Assembly: GCA_039586365.1 (NCBI GenBank)
Contig: JBDHKN010000001.1
Coordinates: forward strand, 1 to 64,000
DNA: 64,000 bases
From: Gemmatimonadota bacterium
GTDB lineage: Bacteria > Gemmatimonadota > Gemmatimonadetes > Gemmatimonadales > GWC2-71-9
Direction of reading: 5' to 3'
In this document: positions 8,655 to 18,984 of the stretch, one piece after another
How positions within the stretch are numbered: the first letter of the stretch is position 1
Layout of the letters: each line of letters begins with the position of its first letter
The notes under the pieces: generated by a model
Told to the model about the DNA's origin: nothing
The model's database searches: none
Seen by the model: the letters and a program-made list of their open reading frames with translations, nothing else
Position numbers and translations under genes: made by a program

Positions 8655-11251
8655 GTAGACGCAAGCGGACTGAGAGCGGTACCGATACACCTCTGATGCA
8701 GCAATACCTCGAGGTCAAGTCCCGCCACGCAGATGCAATAGTGTTTTTCCGCATGGGCGACTTCTACGAGATGTTCTTCGACGACGCAAAGAGTGCCGCG
8801 CGGGAACTTGGACTGACGTTGACCAGCAGGAACAACGGTGGGGCAGCCGATGTGCCACTGGCAGGGGTTCCCGTCAAGGCGGCGGGTGAGTACTTGCGCA
8901 GGTTGGTGGAGCTAGGTCACCGGGTAGCCATCTGCGAACAGGTCGAAGATCCCAAGCAAGCCAAGGGGATCGTCAGACGCGAGGTCGTTGAGACGGTGAC
9001 TCCGGGTGCGGTGTTGGAAGAGGATTGGCTAGACGGCAAGAGGAACAACTTCCTGGTGGGAATCCAACCCTCCGATCCCGCCGGAATCGCAGCGCTCGAT
9101 CTCTCGACTGGAGAATTCGTGCTGGAGACTGCTGCTGCCGCTGATCTCGCTGCGGCACTGACCCGCTACGGCCCGCGGGAGATAGTCGTGCCCGAAGGAT
9201 ACGATTCAGCACCGGTCTCCGAAACCGTAATGGTGACCGAGCGGGAGAGTTGGCAGTTCGATGCGGCTCTGGCTGCGGAGGACATCGAACGGCGTTTCGG
9301 CCTGCATAGCCTCGACGGCCTCGGCATACAACCGGGCGACCGGCCGGCGGTTCAGGCGGCTGGAGCATTGCTCAGGTACGCCACTGAGCTGCAACCGGGT
9401 GGGTTACCCCAGATTTCGCAACCGCTGGTGCGTCGGGCCGGCAACACCGTACCGCTCGATCCCATGACCAAGCGTAACCTGGAGCTGGAGGAGCCGCTGA
9501 GGTCGGATGCACCCGGGGGTACTTTGCTCGAGGTCCTTGACCATACTGTGACTCCCATGGGCACCCGGCTGCTGCGCCAATGGCTGCTCGCACCTCTGAG
9601 AACGAGGACTAACATCGAGAATCGGCTCGATGCAGTCGAGGTCCTAGTTGACGATACGCGGGGTCGGGAGAGACTGCGCGAAGCTCTGGATGGCGTCCGG
9701 GATATCGAGCGCCTGTCAGGACGCGCGGCCGCCCGTCGCTCCACACCGCGGGATCTTGCGGCACTGCGTGACTCCCTTGCCCGGCTGCCGGACGTCCAGA
9801 GTGCCCTCGACGGTCTTGGCGCCCGCGAGACCAGCGCAGTTCTCACAGGCATCGCCCAAGAGTTCGACCTTCACAGTGACCTGACTGCCGAGCTGGCCCA
9901 GTTCCTCGTCGAACGCCCACCCGCCAGTGTAGCAGACGGCGATTGCATTCGACCTGGGGCTGATCCCGCCCTGGATGAGGCCCGCGAGCTCCGCGACGGT
10001 GGCAAGCGCTTCATCGCCACCCTGCAGGCACGTGAGCGCGAGCGGACGGGCATCGCATCGCTCAAGGTCGGCTATAACAAAGTATTCGGCTACTACCTGG
10101 AAGTGACCCGGGCGCGACAACACTCGGTACCTGACGACTACGAGCGCCGCCAAACGCTGGCCAACGCTGAGCGCTATGTAACTGCGGAGCTGAAGGAGTA
10201 TGAAGCCCGAGTCCTTGGCGCCGAGGAGCAGGTCTTCGCTCGGCAACAAGAGCTACTGGATTCACTGTGCGACGCGGTCCGAGCAAGGCTGGCATCACTG
10301 CAACAGACCGCACGGCGTCTGGCAGAATCGGACGTTCACGCGGGGCTGGCAGCTGCCGCCGTGCTGGAACACTACGCTCGCCCCAAGATCACCAACGAGT
10401 ACACGGTTGAACTCAGGGAGTGCCGCCATCCCGTGGTCGAGAAGATGTTACCGCCAGGGAAATTCATCACCAACGATATTGTGCTCGACGACGCAGGGCG
10501 GGTAATGCTGCTGACCGGACCGAACATGGCAGGCAAGTCCACTATCCTGCGTCAAGTGGGTCTGGCGGTCATAATGGCACAGATTGGCTCTTTCGTACCT
10601 GCCCGAGCAGCGACAATTGGAATAGTGGATCGTGTATTCACCCGCGTGGGAGCCAGTGACAATCTGGGCCGCGGCCAGTCGACATTCATGGTGGAAATGA
10701 GTGAGACCAGCGCCATTCTCCACGGGGCGTCCGACCGCAGCTTAGTACTCCTGGACGAGATCGGACGCGGTACCTCTACGTTTGATGGGGTAGCGATTGC
10801 CTGGGCGGTAACGGAGCACTTGCACGACCAAACGGGCTGCAAGACCGTGTTCGCCACCCACTATCACGAACTCACTCAACTGACCGAGACACTGCAGCAT
10901 GCCCGCAACTGTAACGTGGCGGTAAGGGAAGTGGGTGACGATGTGATCTTCTTGCACCGTCTCGAACCAGGCGGAACTGATCGCTCGTACGGAGTCCACG
11001 TGGCCAGGCTCGCGGGCTTACCGCCAGCCGTCGTGCTGCGTGCTTGGGAGATTCTGGCGCTCCTCGAGTCTGGCCACCATGTGGCTAACAAGACGCCGCC
11101 CCCGCCTCCCGACTCGGCACAGCTGGCTCTCTTCACGAGCGAGGAGCATCCCGCGCTCAAGGAGCTGCGTCAGCTCGATCCCGAGACTATGACGCCACTT
11201 GAGGCGCTGAGCCGCCTGGCAGAGCTGAAGCGCTGGACGGAGGACAATTGA
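8651..11251 (+). CDS. mutS: DNA mismatch repair protein MutS
   Basis: TPLMQQY, FRMGDFYEMF, TGPNMAGKST, STFMVEM, DEIGRGTS, FATHYHEL. Confidence 0.98.
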   Translation: MSRRKRTESGTDTPLMQQYLEVKSRHADAIVFFRMGDFYEMFFDDAKSAARELGLTLTSRNNGGAADVPLAGVPVKAAGEYLRRLVELGHRVAICEQVEDPKQAKGIVRREVVETVTPGAVLEEDWLDGKRNNFLVGIQPSDPAGIAALDLSTGEFVLETAAAADLAAALTRYGPREIVVPEGYDSAPVSETVMVTERESWQFDAALAAEDIERRFGLHSLDGLGIQPGDRPAVQAAGALLRYATELQPGGLPQISQPLVRRAGNTVPLDPMTKRNLELEEPLRSDAPGGTLLEVLDHTVTPMGTRLLRQWLLAPLRTRTNIENRLDAVEVLVDDTRGRERLREALDGVRDIERLSGRAAARRSTPRDLAALRDSLARLPDVQSALDGLGARETSAVLTGIAQEFDLHSDLTAELAQFLVERPPASVADGDCIRPGADPALDEARELRDGGKRFIATLQARERERTGIASLKVGYNKVFGYYLEVTRARQHSVPDDYERRQTLANAERYVTAELKEYEARVLGAEEQVFARQQELLDSLCDAVRARLASLQQTARRLAESDVHAGLAAAAVLEHYARPKITNEYTVELRECRHPVVEKMLPPGKFITNDIVLDDAGRVMLLTGPNMAGKSTILRQVGLAVIMAQIGSFVPARAATIGIVDRVFTRVGASDNLGRGQSTFMVEMSETSAILHGASDRSLVLLDEIGRGTSTFDGVAIAWAVTEHLHDQTGCKTVFATHYHELTQLTETLQHARNCNVAVREVGDDVIFLHRLEPGGTDRSYGVHVARLAGLPPAVVLRAWEILALLESGHHVANKTPPPPPDSAQLALFTSEEHPALKELRQLDPETMTPLEALSRLAELKRWTEDN

Positions 11252-11652
11252 GATCAATCCTGCTTGTGTGCCTGGTCGGCGTGGCAGCGTGCGGATCACA
11301 GGGGGACGAGACGAGAGGTGGGCCACTCGACGCGACAGAACCCGGATTCGAGCCCCCCGTCATGACCAATCCGGAGACGCCGGTAGCATACCCTGTGGAG
11401 TTGTATGACCGGCAGGTGGAAGCGTCTGTGGTGCTGCGGCTGTTTGTCACTGAAGAGGGTGTGTTGGTGCCAGAATCAACTCGGGTCGTCGAGAGTAGCG
11501 GCTACTCCGCACTCGACTCCGCAGCGATCGCCGGAGTCCCGGCTATGAAATTCGCACCGGCTCGTCGCCGTGGGGAACCTGTTCCCGCGTTGTTCCTGCA
11601 GCCGGTGCACTTCAGACACCCGGCGCTATCCGGTTCCGGAGACCTGCCGTGA
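11248..11652 (+). CDS. TonB C-terminal domain lipoprotein
   Basis: Lipobox VAAC; YP...VEASVVLRLFV...SSGYSALDSAA...FAPARRRGEPV. Confidence 0.8.
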   Translation: MRSILLVCLVGVAACGSQGDETRGGPLDATEPGFEPPVMTNPETPVAYPVELYDRQVEASVVLRLFVTEEGVLVPESTRVVESSGYSALDSAAIAGVPAMKFAPARRRGEPVPALFLQPVHFRHPALSGSGDLP

Positions 11653-11700
11653 CTCAACCACATCCTCCAACCGCAAGGGTTCCACTGACAACGACTACCT

Positions 11701-12087
11701 GTGTCTCACTACCTCCTATCCGCTGAAGCCAGCTTTTCCGCCGCCCACCGGCTGCCTGGTGTCGAACAGTGCGACCGGCTACACGGCCACAACTGGCGAA
11801 TCCGATTGACTGTGCGGGTCACCGAAGAAGACCTCGACCCCAGCGGCATGGGTCTGGACTTCCGGGAGATCGAGAAGACCGTTCGGACGGTCGTATCAGA
11901 TTTCGATCACGCGTTCTTGAACGATCTCGGGCCGTTTCGCGAACGCCCACCTACAGCTGAGCGAGTGGCCAGAGTTGTCTGCGAGCGTGCGGTTGAGCGT
12001 TTGGCCACGGTGGCACCTACTGCAACCGTTTGCAGCGTAGATGCCTGGGAGACGCCCGAGTACCGCACTACTTACTATCCTGAATGA
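11701..12087 (+). CDS. queD: 6-carboxytetrahydropterin synthase (PTPS family)
   Basis: FSAAHRL, CDRLHGHNW, DHAFLND, PTAE, WET. Confidence 0.9.
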   Translation: MSHYLLSAEASFSAAHRLPGVEQCDRLHGHNWRIRLTVRVTEEDLDPSGMGLDFREIEKTVRTVVSDFDHAFLNDLGPFRERPPTAERVARVVCERAVERLATVAPTATVCSVDAWETPEYRTTYYPE

Positions 12088-13112
12088 CCCGAATCACTGT
12101 CCTCACAGGAGGTTCGACTCCCGAACGCGATGTAGCCTTCGCGGGAGCGGGCCAAGTGGTCCGTGCACTGCGGGACCGAGGCCACGAAGTTGCGGTCGTC
12201 GACACCGTGGGCGGACCGCTGGACGCCGCGGATGAGCGTGTCTTGCTCCATCCAGGCGTCGGCAAGAATCCGCCTTCTGTAGACGAGCTTCGAGCTCTTG
12301 CAGAACGGGAGCACCTGCAGAACCTCACAGAGCTACCGGAGCTGCTCAACGCAGATGTTGTGTTCCTCGTCCTCCACGGCAGGCAGGGTGAGGGTGGCGA
12401 GATTCAGACCCTGCTCGATTCGGGTGGAATCGCCTACACGGGTTCTGGTCCGCTCGCAAGTGGTTTGGCAATGGACAAGGACATTGCCAAGCGGTTGTTC
12501 CGGGCAGCGAAGATACCCACACCGGACTGGGAGATGTGGCCCGTTCCAGACGAGGCGGTGATGGAACTCGGCTTCCCTTTGGTTGTCAAACCATCCAAAG
12601 TTGGCTCGTCCGTCGGCTTATCCGTAGTCCCTTCCAAGAATGGACTGGAGGCGGCCGTGAGTACGGCCCTGCAATACGATGATGAGGTCATGCTGGAACA
12701 GTTCGTTGCCGGACCGGAATACACGGTCGGTGTCTTGGGCGACCGAGCACTCGCAGTGGGTGAGATAATCCCCCAACACTCCACGTTTGACTACGAGTGC
12801 AAGTATACGCCAGGCAAAACTCAGGAGATCTTCCCCGCCCAAGTACCGAATGAGTTGACGATCCTGATGCAGACATTCGCCCTGAGAGCTCATAAGGCTC
12901 TCAAGCTACGTGACTTTTCCCGGGTGGATTTCAAGGTGGCTGGGGACAGCGGTCCGCAGTGTCTCGAGGTCAACACCCTTCCCGGGCTCACGGGCACGAG
13001 TCTCCTACCCCAGTCAGCGACTGCCTGTGGAATCGAGTTCGCCGAGTTGTGCGAGGCCATATGCAGGGCTGCACTACGCCGGGCGCGGTGCGGGAACAAA
13101 CCGGGTACTTGA
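12084..13112 (+). CDS. ddl: D-alanine--D-alanine ligase
   Basis: GGSTPER, LHGRQGEGG, MDK, GSSVG, FDYECKY, LEVNTLPG. Confidence 0.93.
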   Translation: MTRITVLTGGSTPERDVAFAGAGQVVRALRDRGHEVAVVDTVGGPLDAADERVLLHPGVGKNPPSVDELRALAEREHLQNLTELPELLNADVVFLVLHGRQGEGGEIQTLLDSGGIAYTGSGPLASGLAMDKDIAKRLFRAAKIPTPDWEMWPVPDEAVMELGFPLVVKPSKVGSSVGLSVVPSKNGLEAAVSTALQYDDEVMLEQFVAGPEYTVGVLGDRALAVGEIIPQHSTFDYECKYTPGKTQEIFPAQVPNELTILMQTFALRAHKALKLRDFSRVDFKVAGDSGPQCLEVNTLPGLTGTSLLPQSATACGIEFAELCEAICRAALRRARCGNKPGT

Positions 13113-13128
13113 ACGAGTAGATTCATAT

Positions 13129-13989
13129 ATGCGCTTCGACCTGCCGTACGAGTCACCCCGGCGACGATCCCCGTTCTCTCTGACGCCGTGGGTCCGCGGC
13201 ATCATTGCCGCCAACGCCGTGGTCTATTTGCTGACGATCACCGTGTTCACCGGACCGTGGGTCGTCGAGTTTGGTGCGTTCAATCCGGCACTCGTGGAAA
13301 ACCGCTGGTGGACCTTTGCAACGTACATGTTCCTTCACGGCAGTTTCTTTCACCTCCTCTTCAACATGCTGCTCCTGTTCTTCTTTGGTCCGGCCGTGGA
13401 GGAGCACATGGGCAACTTTTCGTTCGCCGCCTATTACTTCACTTGTGGAGTCGGTGGGGGGATCCTCTCCCTTGCGCTGGCGAGCGTCTCTCCAGCGGGA
13501 TACATAATGGGCGCCTCCGGGGCGGTGCTAGGAGTCGCTCTGGCGTTTGCTATGAACTGGCCCAACGCACCAGTCTACGTATTCCCATTGCCGGTGCCGA
13601 TCAAAGTGAAGTGGCTGGTCGCGTTCTTTGCGATCGTCGACTTGATCGCGGCCGGTGCTTTAGCGACGGACGGCACCGCTCACCTAGCCCATTTGGGTGG
13701 GCTTCTGTTCGGTTTCATCTACCTCAAGAGTGAAGATCACGTGGTGCGGCGCGCCCAAGCAGCCTCACGTGCTCATGCGAGGGCACTACCCACACGTCAG
13801 CCAAGAACCAGGGAGCCGGTGAAGACAGCGAGCATTACTAGGTCGAACAGGGCCGACGACGACATGCAAGCACGCTACGATGCAGTTGACCGCGTCCTCG
13901 ACAAGATCTCCCAGTCGGGACTGAGCAGTCTGACCCCAGAGGAACGCCAGGTCCTGGACGAAGCCAGCCAAGACCTGAGACAACACTAG
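13129..13989 (+). CDS. Rhomboid family intramembrane serine protease with C-terminal cytoplasmic domain
   Basis: TYMFLHG, HLLFNM, GASG, AHLAHLGG; VDRVLDKISQSGLSSLTPEE tail; start placed at ATG 13129. Confidence 0.92.
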   Translation: MRFDLPYESPRRRSPFSLTPWVRGIIAANAVVYLLTITVFTGPWVVEFGAFNPALVENRWWTFATYMFLHGSFFHLLFNMLLLFFFGPAVEEHMGNFSFAAYYFTCGVGGGILSLALASVSPAGYIMGASGAVLGVALAFAMNWPNAPVYVFPLPVPIKVKWLVAFFAIVDLIAAGALATDGTAHLAHLGGLLFGFIYLKSEDHVVRRAQAASRAHARALPTRQPRTREPVKTASITRSNRADDDMQARYDAVDRVLDKISQSGLSSLTPEERQVLDEASQDLRQH

Positions 13990-14001
13990 GGAACTGGCGA
14001 G

Positions 14002-14496
14002 ATGGCTGTTCTCAGCGTTCGGCAAGGTGACATCACAACTTATGACGGCGACGCGATTGTGAACGCCGCCAACAACCATCTGCAGCTTGGGGCAGGCGTC
14101 GCCGGCGCCATCAGGCGCGCCGGCGGCCCAGCCATTCAGGAAGAATGCGACCGACACGGTCCAATTCGTGTGGGTCAAGCAGCCATCACTGGGGCTGGCA
14201 GCCTTGCCGTCAAATGGGTGATCCACGCTGCGGCCATGGGGGATGAACCTGTATCAGAACGGTCTGTTCGCGACAGCACGCTTGCCAGCCTGACTCTGGC
14301 CGTCGAGAACGGCGCCAGACGTATTGCCTTCCCGGTGCTCGGGTCGGGCATCGGCGGATTCGATTTGCGGCGCGCGGCAGAGACGATGCGAGATGCTATC
14401 CGGGGGTCGGCTCAAGCGCCATTGCTCGATGAAGTGGTCTTCTTCGGTTACACCTTCGAAGACGCCGTTGAGCTGGAACAGATTCTCCTCAAGTAG
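14002..14496 (+). CDS. Macrodomain protein (ADP-ribose binding/hydrolase)
   Basis: GDIT, DAIVNAAN, GAGVAGAI, VIHA, IAFPVLGSGIGG. Confidence 0.93.
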   Translation: MAVLSVRQGDITTYDGDAIVNAANNHLQLGAGVAGAIRRAGGPAIQEECDRHGPIRVGQAAITGAGSLAVKWVIHAAAMGDEPVSERSVRDSTLASLTLAVENGARRIAFPVLGSGIGGFDLRRAAETMRDAIRGSAQAPLLDEVVFFGYTFEDAVELEQILLK

Positions 14497-14652
14497 TAGG
14501 TCTATCCTAGCCTGGCAACTTCCCGCCACCTTCCTGATGGAGGACATTCCGCGGTATGGCACACGGTCCTCTCGTGGACCACCGGTTGACTGAATGTCTC
14601 TTCGGGGGGCTTGTCATGCAGGACCCGCACACCCAAATTGGTTGCGCTCTAC

Positions 14653-15594
14653 ATGCTGATCAACCTTGTCCCCGAATTCCTTGCGGCCCTCGAGGCGCCG
14701 GATCCTTTAGAGGCCTATTACCGTTACCTCGATGAGCACCTGCCAATCCTGAACGCGTACTGGCATAACTACATCCTTGAACTCGGCAGTCCCCATGCCG
14801 ACGAAGTGATTAAGCGTACGGTTGAGGCAAACCGGCGTGATCTGCATGTACTGCTGGACCGCTTCGACGTAGTCAGAGTGGCCGAGGAGACCATCACGCG
14901 TTGCGAGGATCAATTCGAGATCGACTGTCCGTTTGATGTTTACCTCATGGTGGGCGTTGGCGGTGCCAACGCCGGTGAGTTGGTCGTGGGGGGACGAGGT
15001 ATTGCCTTCGTCTGCCTAGAGCACTTCACCAACCGTCCGAACCCGGAGACTCTCGGCCTTGGCTTGCGTCCTCAGCTCCTGTCTCTTTGGATCTCACATG
15101 AGATCTCCCACATCGTGCGCTACGGCTCGCCCCAGAGTCACAGTGAGATGCGGCGGATCGTCCAGGACCTAAACGGCAGCTATGACTATTGGGAGACGGG
15201 CAGTCGGGCGAAACTCCGAGAGTTGCTGGTCAACGAAGGGCTGGCCGTGGCTGCGTCACGGAAGACTGCACCTGGCTTCGAACCGTGGGAATATTTCGGC
15301 TACGGGCGCCGACAGTATCGCAGGCTACGAGAACTCGAGGCCTTCCTCACACAGCATCTGGAGACTGAACTCGATCACAGCGGCCTGGGGTACCGGCTCC
15401 GCTATCTCTCGGGCGGGATGAGCGCTACCCAACGGTTGGTGGGGGGGAAGGTCATTCCCGAACGATCGGGCTACTACATAGGCCACCGTATGGTCGAGGC
15501 AACCGTGAACGAGTGGGGCATGGCCCGAGCGCTGCGCGCGAGCGCTGCAGATTGCCATGACATTGACATTCGAGCGGCCGACCGGACGGCCTGA
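14653..15594 (+). CDS. Putative Zn-dependent protease (HExxH, DUF2268-like)
   Basis: SHEISH, downstream NEGLA, RSGYYIG; start placed at ATG 14653. Confidence 0.7.
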   Translation: MLINLVPEFLAALEAPDPLEAYYRYLDEHLPILNAYWHNYILELGSPHADEVIKRTVEANRRDLHVLLDRFDVVRVAEETITRCEDQFEIDCPFDVYLMVGVGGANAGELVVGGRGIAFVCLEHFTNRPNPETLGLGLRPQLLSLWISHEISHIVRYGSPQSHSEMRRIVQDLNGSYDYWETGSRAKLRELLVNEGLAVAASRKTAPGFEPWEYFGYGRRQYRRLRELEAFLTQHLETELDHSGLGYRLRYLSGGMSATQRLVGGKVIPERSGYYIGHRMVEATVNEWGMARALRASAADCHDIDIRAADRTA

Positions 15595-15600
15595 CGTGCG

Positions 15601-15840
15601 ATGCCTGATAGGTCAACACGTGGCCGCAGCGTCAAGAAGAGCTCAGCTGAGACCGATCGCCGCAGCAACTTCGCTCTGCGTGACATTCTGAACGATCTAA
15701 TCCAACACGTGCGTGAAATCGCTGGCTCCCCCAAAGAAATGCCGCCTGCTGAGATCGAGTACGCGCAGCGCCGCCTTGAGTGGCTGGCTGACGAAGCGTG
15801 GCGTTTGGCAGTGGACCCTGAGAACGATAAGTGGCAGTAG
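15601..15840 (+). CDS. Small helical hypothetical protein
   Basis: 79-aa ORF 6 nt after the preceding stop; fills the gap to the convergent mnmE. Confidence 0.6.
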   Translation: MPDRSTRGRSVKKSSAETDRRSNFALRDILNDLIQHVREIAGSPKEMPPAEIEYAQRRLEWLADEAWRLAVDPENDKWQ

Positions 15841-15861
15841 AAGGCAGCCACCGAAAAGACG

Positions 15862-17211
15862 TCATTTGCCTATACAGAAGCTCACAAACACTCGTTCCAA
15901 TACTTCATCGTTGGTGACAAAGCCGATCATCTCGTCCAGGTCAGACACCGCAGCCCGCAAGTGAGTGGCGGCAACCGCTGCGTCGCACGCCTCCACGCGT
16001 GCCCTTCGAAACGCCCTGATTTCACACAAGGCTCGCTCGAGAGCCAAGCGATGGCGCTCTCGGGTCACCAGGTGATCGGTCTCACTGCGAGATGCCACGC
16101 CCGAGAAGGCGATCACCGCAAGCTTCCTTCGCAGATCTGCTATACCGTCGCCAGTGACTGCCGATGTGGACAGCCATGCTTCATTGCCCTCGGGAGGATT
16201 CGGACCCGGCAAATCCGACTTGGTGCGAACTAGCAGCATCGGCACCTCCGTGGCAGCAAGAAACTCTCTTTCCTCGAGCGACAACTCTTGGCTGGCCTCA
16301 ACACAGAACAGGATGACGTCTGCCGCGGTGAGGTAGCGGTGACTCACTTCCACACCTAGTCTCTCTACCGTGTCCTCGCTCTCGTGGAGCCCCGCTGTGT
16401 CTACCAGGCGAAAAGGATAGCCATCGCACGTCACTGCAGCCTCAATTGCATCACGGGTGGTCCCGGGAACCTCCGTCACGATCGCGCGTTCGTGCCCAAG
16501 GAGTGCGTTGAATAGCGACGATTTGCCAGCGTTGGGCCGCCCTGCGATGACACAAATAGCCCCTTCTTGGAGACGCCGACCCTCGGCTGCGGTCGCGAGT
16601 AGCTCTGAGAGTGACTTCTCGGCTTGCCCGATGGCCGCTGCAACATGCTCAGGCCGGATGGGACCGTCATCCTCTTCAGGGAAGTCGATCTCGTAGCAGC
16701 AAAGAGCCTCCAGTTCCAGGATCTGATTGCGCAGCACCCCGATCCTGGCCGACAATCCCCTGTCGAGCTGGCCTAGCGCAGCGCGACGCTGCGCAGGCGA
16801 GGTTGCTGCTGACAGGTCCGCGATAGCCTCAGCTTGAAGCAGATCGAGCTTGCCGTGGGCGAGAGCGCGTCGAGTGAACTCCCCAGGAGTGGCCTGCCGA
16901 GCGCCGGCTGCGAGGAGTGCCCCGAAGACCTCGACCGGCACCAGCACACCCCCATGGGTCGAGATCTCCACCATGTCCTCACCGGTATAGGAAGATGGCG
17001 CCGCGTAGACGACGTAGAGGACCTCGTCCAGACGTTCTCCGGAGACAGGGTGCGCGGCCTTGGAAAGTCGCGTGGCTCTGACGGGGTCCACGGAAAAAGG
17101 CGTCAGGACCGTGGACACCGTCTCATGCGCCCCCCGGCCAGAGACTCTAATCAGGGCGATGGCGGAGCGGCCGGGTGGCGTGGCAATCGCGGCTATGACA
17201 TCAGAGATCAT
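15862..17211 (-). CDS. mnmE: tRNA modification GTPase MnmE
   Basis: IAAIATPPG, SYTGEDMVE, GRPNAGKSS, PGTTRD, DTAG, C-terminal FCIGK. Confidence 0.97.
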   Translation of the reverse strand: MISDVIAAIATPPGRSAIALIRVSGRGAHETVSTVLTPFSVDPVRATRLSKAAHPVSGERLDEVLYVVYAAPSSYTGEDMVEISTHGGVLVPVEVFGALLAAGARQATPGEFTRRALAHGKLDLLQAEAIADLSAATSPAQRRAALGQLDRGLSARIGVLRNQILELEALCCYEIDFPEEDDGPIRPEHVAAAIGQAEKSLSELLATAAEGRRLQEGAICVIAGRPNAGKSSLFNALLGHERAIVTEVPGTTRDAIEAAVTCDGYPFRLVDTAGLHESEDTVERLGVEVSHRYLTAADVILFCVEASQELSLEEREFLAATEVPMLLVRTKSDLPGPNPPEGNEAWLSTSAVTGDGIADLRRKLAVIAFSGVASRSETDHLVTRERHRLALERALCEIRAFRRARVEACDAAVAATHLRAAVSDLDEMIGFVTNDEVLERVFVSFCIGK

Positions 17212-17294
17212 GGAGGAAAACTAGGACGACTGGCGGTCCCACACGTAGGGAGGAAAACGCTGGCCCCCGAGTACCTCGCGGCAAAGCACACCGT

Positions 17295-18974
17295 CTACTT
17301 CTTGGCGGGGACCTTCCCTACTCGCCGTAGCCTCTCCTGAGCGATCATCCACTGCTGTGGGATGCTCGCTATGTTGCTGACCGCATAGTAGAGGTTGAGG
17401 CCGGCCGAGAACTTCAGGAATAGCACTGTCAGCATCCCGGGCATGAAATACAACATCATCTTTGTCTGCGGATTAGGCGGAACCCCACGCTGACCGAGCT
17501 TGGATACCACGAACATCGAGAGACCCATCACAACAGGGATGATGTACAGTGGATCAGCCCGAGATAGGTCAGGGATCCACAGCCACGGAACACCGCGAAA
17601 CTCGATGGTCTCACGGAACACGAAGAAGAGTGCGAACAACACTGGCATTGGCAGCAGCATGGGTAGACACCCACCCAGCGGGTTCACTCCGTGTTCCTTG
17701 TACAGCTTCATCATTTCCTTCTGAAGCTGCTGCGGATCCTGCTTGTACCGTTCCTGGATGGCCTTGATTTCCGGTTGGACTGCCTGCATCGCCATGCTGG
17801 AACGCATGGCCTTCTGATTCAGAGGCCACAGGACTATCCGCACTGCTATCCCGAACAAAATGAGTACCCAGCCGTATGCGATACTGAAGGTCTGGTGCAT
17901 CCAGACGAGAATCCGGGCGATGATGTTCGCAATGGGTTGAATGATCGGCCTCAACACCCAGCCATAGGGATTCACATCTTCTAGGCCATGACCTATGTGC
18001 GCTAGACGGCGGAACTCCTGAGGGCCGATGTAGACGGCGTAACTGAAGCGTCCGCCAGGAGCCGGTAGTGAAGCAACTGCGTCCGCTCGCTTCGCATACC
18101 TGCCCTCTCTCTGACCGCCCGTGGCAACCACGCCACCGATCCTGGGTTCGCCCTCCCTGGCAGTGAGAACCGCGGTCAAGAAGTACCGCGATTTGACCGC
18201 AACCCATTCGAACGGGCCTGCCAGCTGGACACGTTCCCCAGGGTCCAGCGAGCTGAATGACGTACGCTCCGCCGACCGGGCTTTGGTCACAATCGCGTAG
18301 CTCCGAAAGTCCCAGGTGCTATCAGCTTCTACCAGCCTGTGACGGGGCCCGAGAGACACTAGGACCAGGCCTGCTTCCGCGCCAAAACCCGAAAACTCTC
18401 CTGACAAGTCAAAGCTATAGTCGTCCGAGAGGAACGTTTGTCTGAGGCGCATTTCCGCCGCGCCACGGTGGGCCACCCATTCCAGACTGGCGCCAGCCTG
18501 CTCGACGCGGAGGGTAGACTGAGACGGCTGGAAGACCCAGTCAGCCAACGAGAGCGTGTCATTGCCGAAGACCAGACTGTACTGCAGAAACTGAGCGTCT
18601 TGCGGCATCAGCTGAACGAGGCCGGTATCGTTTGCCGCAAAGGAGCGATAGCCTTTGAGAGTCGCTGAGATCAGTCGAGCGCCTCTAGTCGAGAAGACGT
18701 AACGATAGATCGGCGACTCCACCACGACGGAGTCTTCGGTGGCAACCGCACTCGTTGTGTCAGGGACCACCGACTCGACAACGAGCTCGCGTGGTGCGGG
18801 AGTCGGTTCGCCGGCTCCCGCGACTTGAGCGGTACTGTCCGGTGCGCTGACTGGCGCCGAATCCGTCAACATCTGATCTCCGCTGGAGGCTCTCGGCTTG
18901 GGAGAAAACAGTATCGAGGGGAGTATGGCGACGATCAGCATGAGGCCGATCGCAAGGACTAAGCGACGGTCCAT
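17295..18974 (-). CDS. yidC: Membrane protein insertase YidC
   Basis: YIGPQ, YGW, GVNPLGGCLP, LWIPDLSRADP, GLNLYY. Confidence 0.97.
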   Translation of the reverse strand: MDRRLVLAIGLMLIVAILPSILFSPKPRASSGDQMLTDSAPVSAPDSTAQVAGAGEPTPAPRELVVESVVPDTTSAVATEDSVVVESPIYRYVFSTRGARLISATLKGYRSFAANDTGLVQLMPQDAQFLQYSLVFGNDTLSLADWVFQPSQSTLRVEQAGASLEWVAHRGAAEMRLRQTFLSDDYSFDLSGEFSGFGAEAGLVLVSLGPRHRLVEADSTWDFRSYAIVTKARSAERTSFSSLDPGERVQLAGPFEWVAVKSRYFLTAVLTAREGEPRIGGVVATGGQREGRYAKRADAVASLPAPGGRFSYAVYIGPQEFRRLAHIGHGLEDVNPYGWVLRPIIQPIANIIARILVWMHQTFSIAYGWVLILFGIAVRIVLWPLNQKAMRSSMAMQAVQPEIKAIQERYKQDPQQLQKEMMKLYKEHGVNPLGGCLPMLLPMPVLFALFFVFRETIEFRGVPWLWIPDLSRADPLYIIPVVMGLSMFVVSKLGQRGVPPNPQTKMMLYFMPGMLTVLFLKFSAGLNLYYAVSNIASIPQQWMIAQERLRRVGKVPAKK

Positions 18975-18984
18975 CTGTTAAGCC

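Noticed and set aside
12910..13128. Long N-terminal extensions in the ORF track (rhomboid; also yidD, M28 peptidase, rnd, pilin)
   Set aside because: They overlap neighbouring genes or remnants; downstream starts fit family length and RBS position better.
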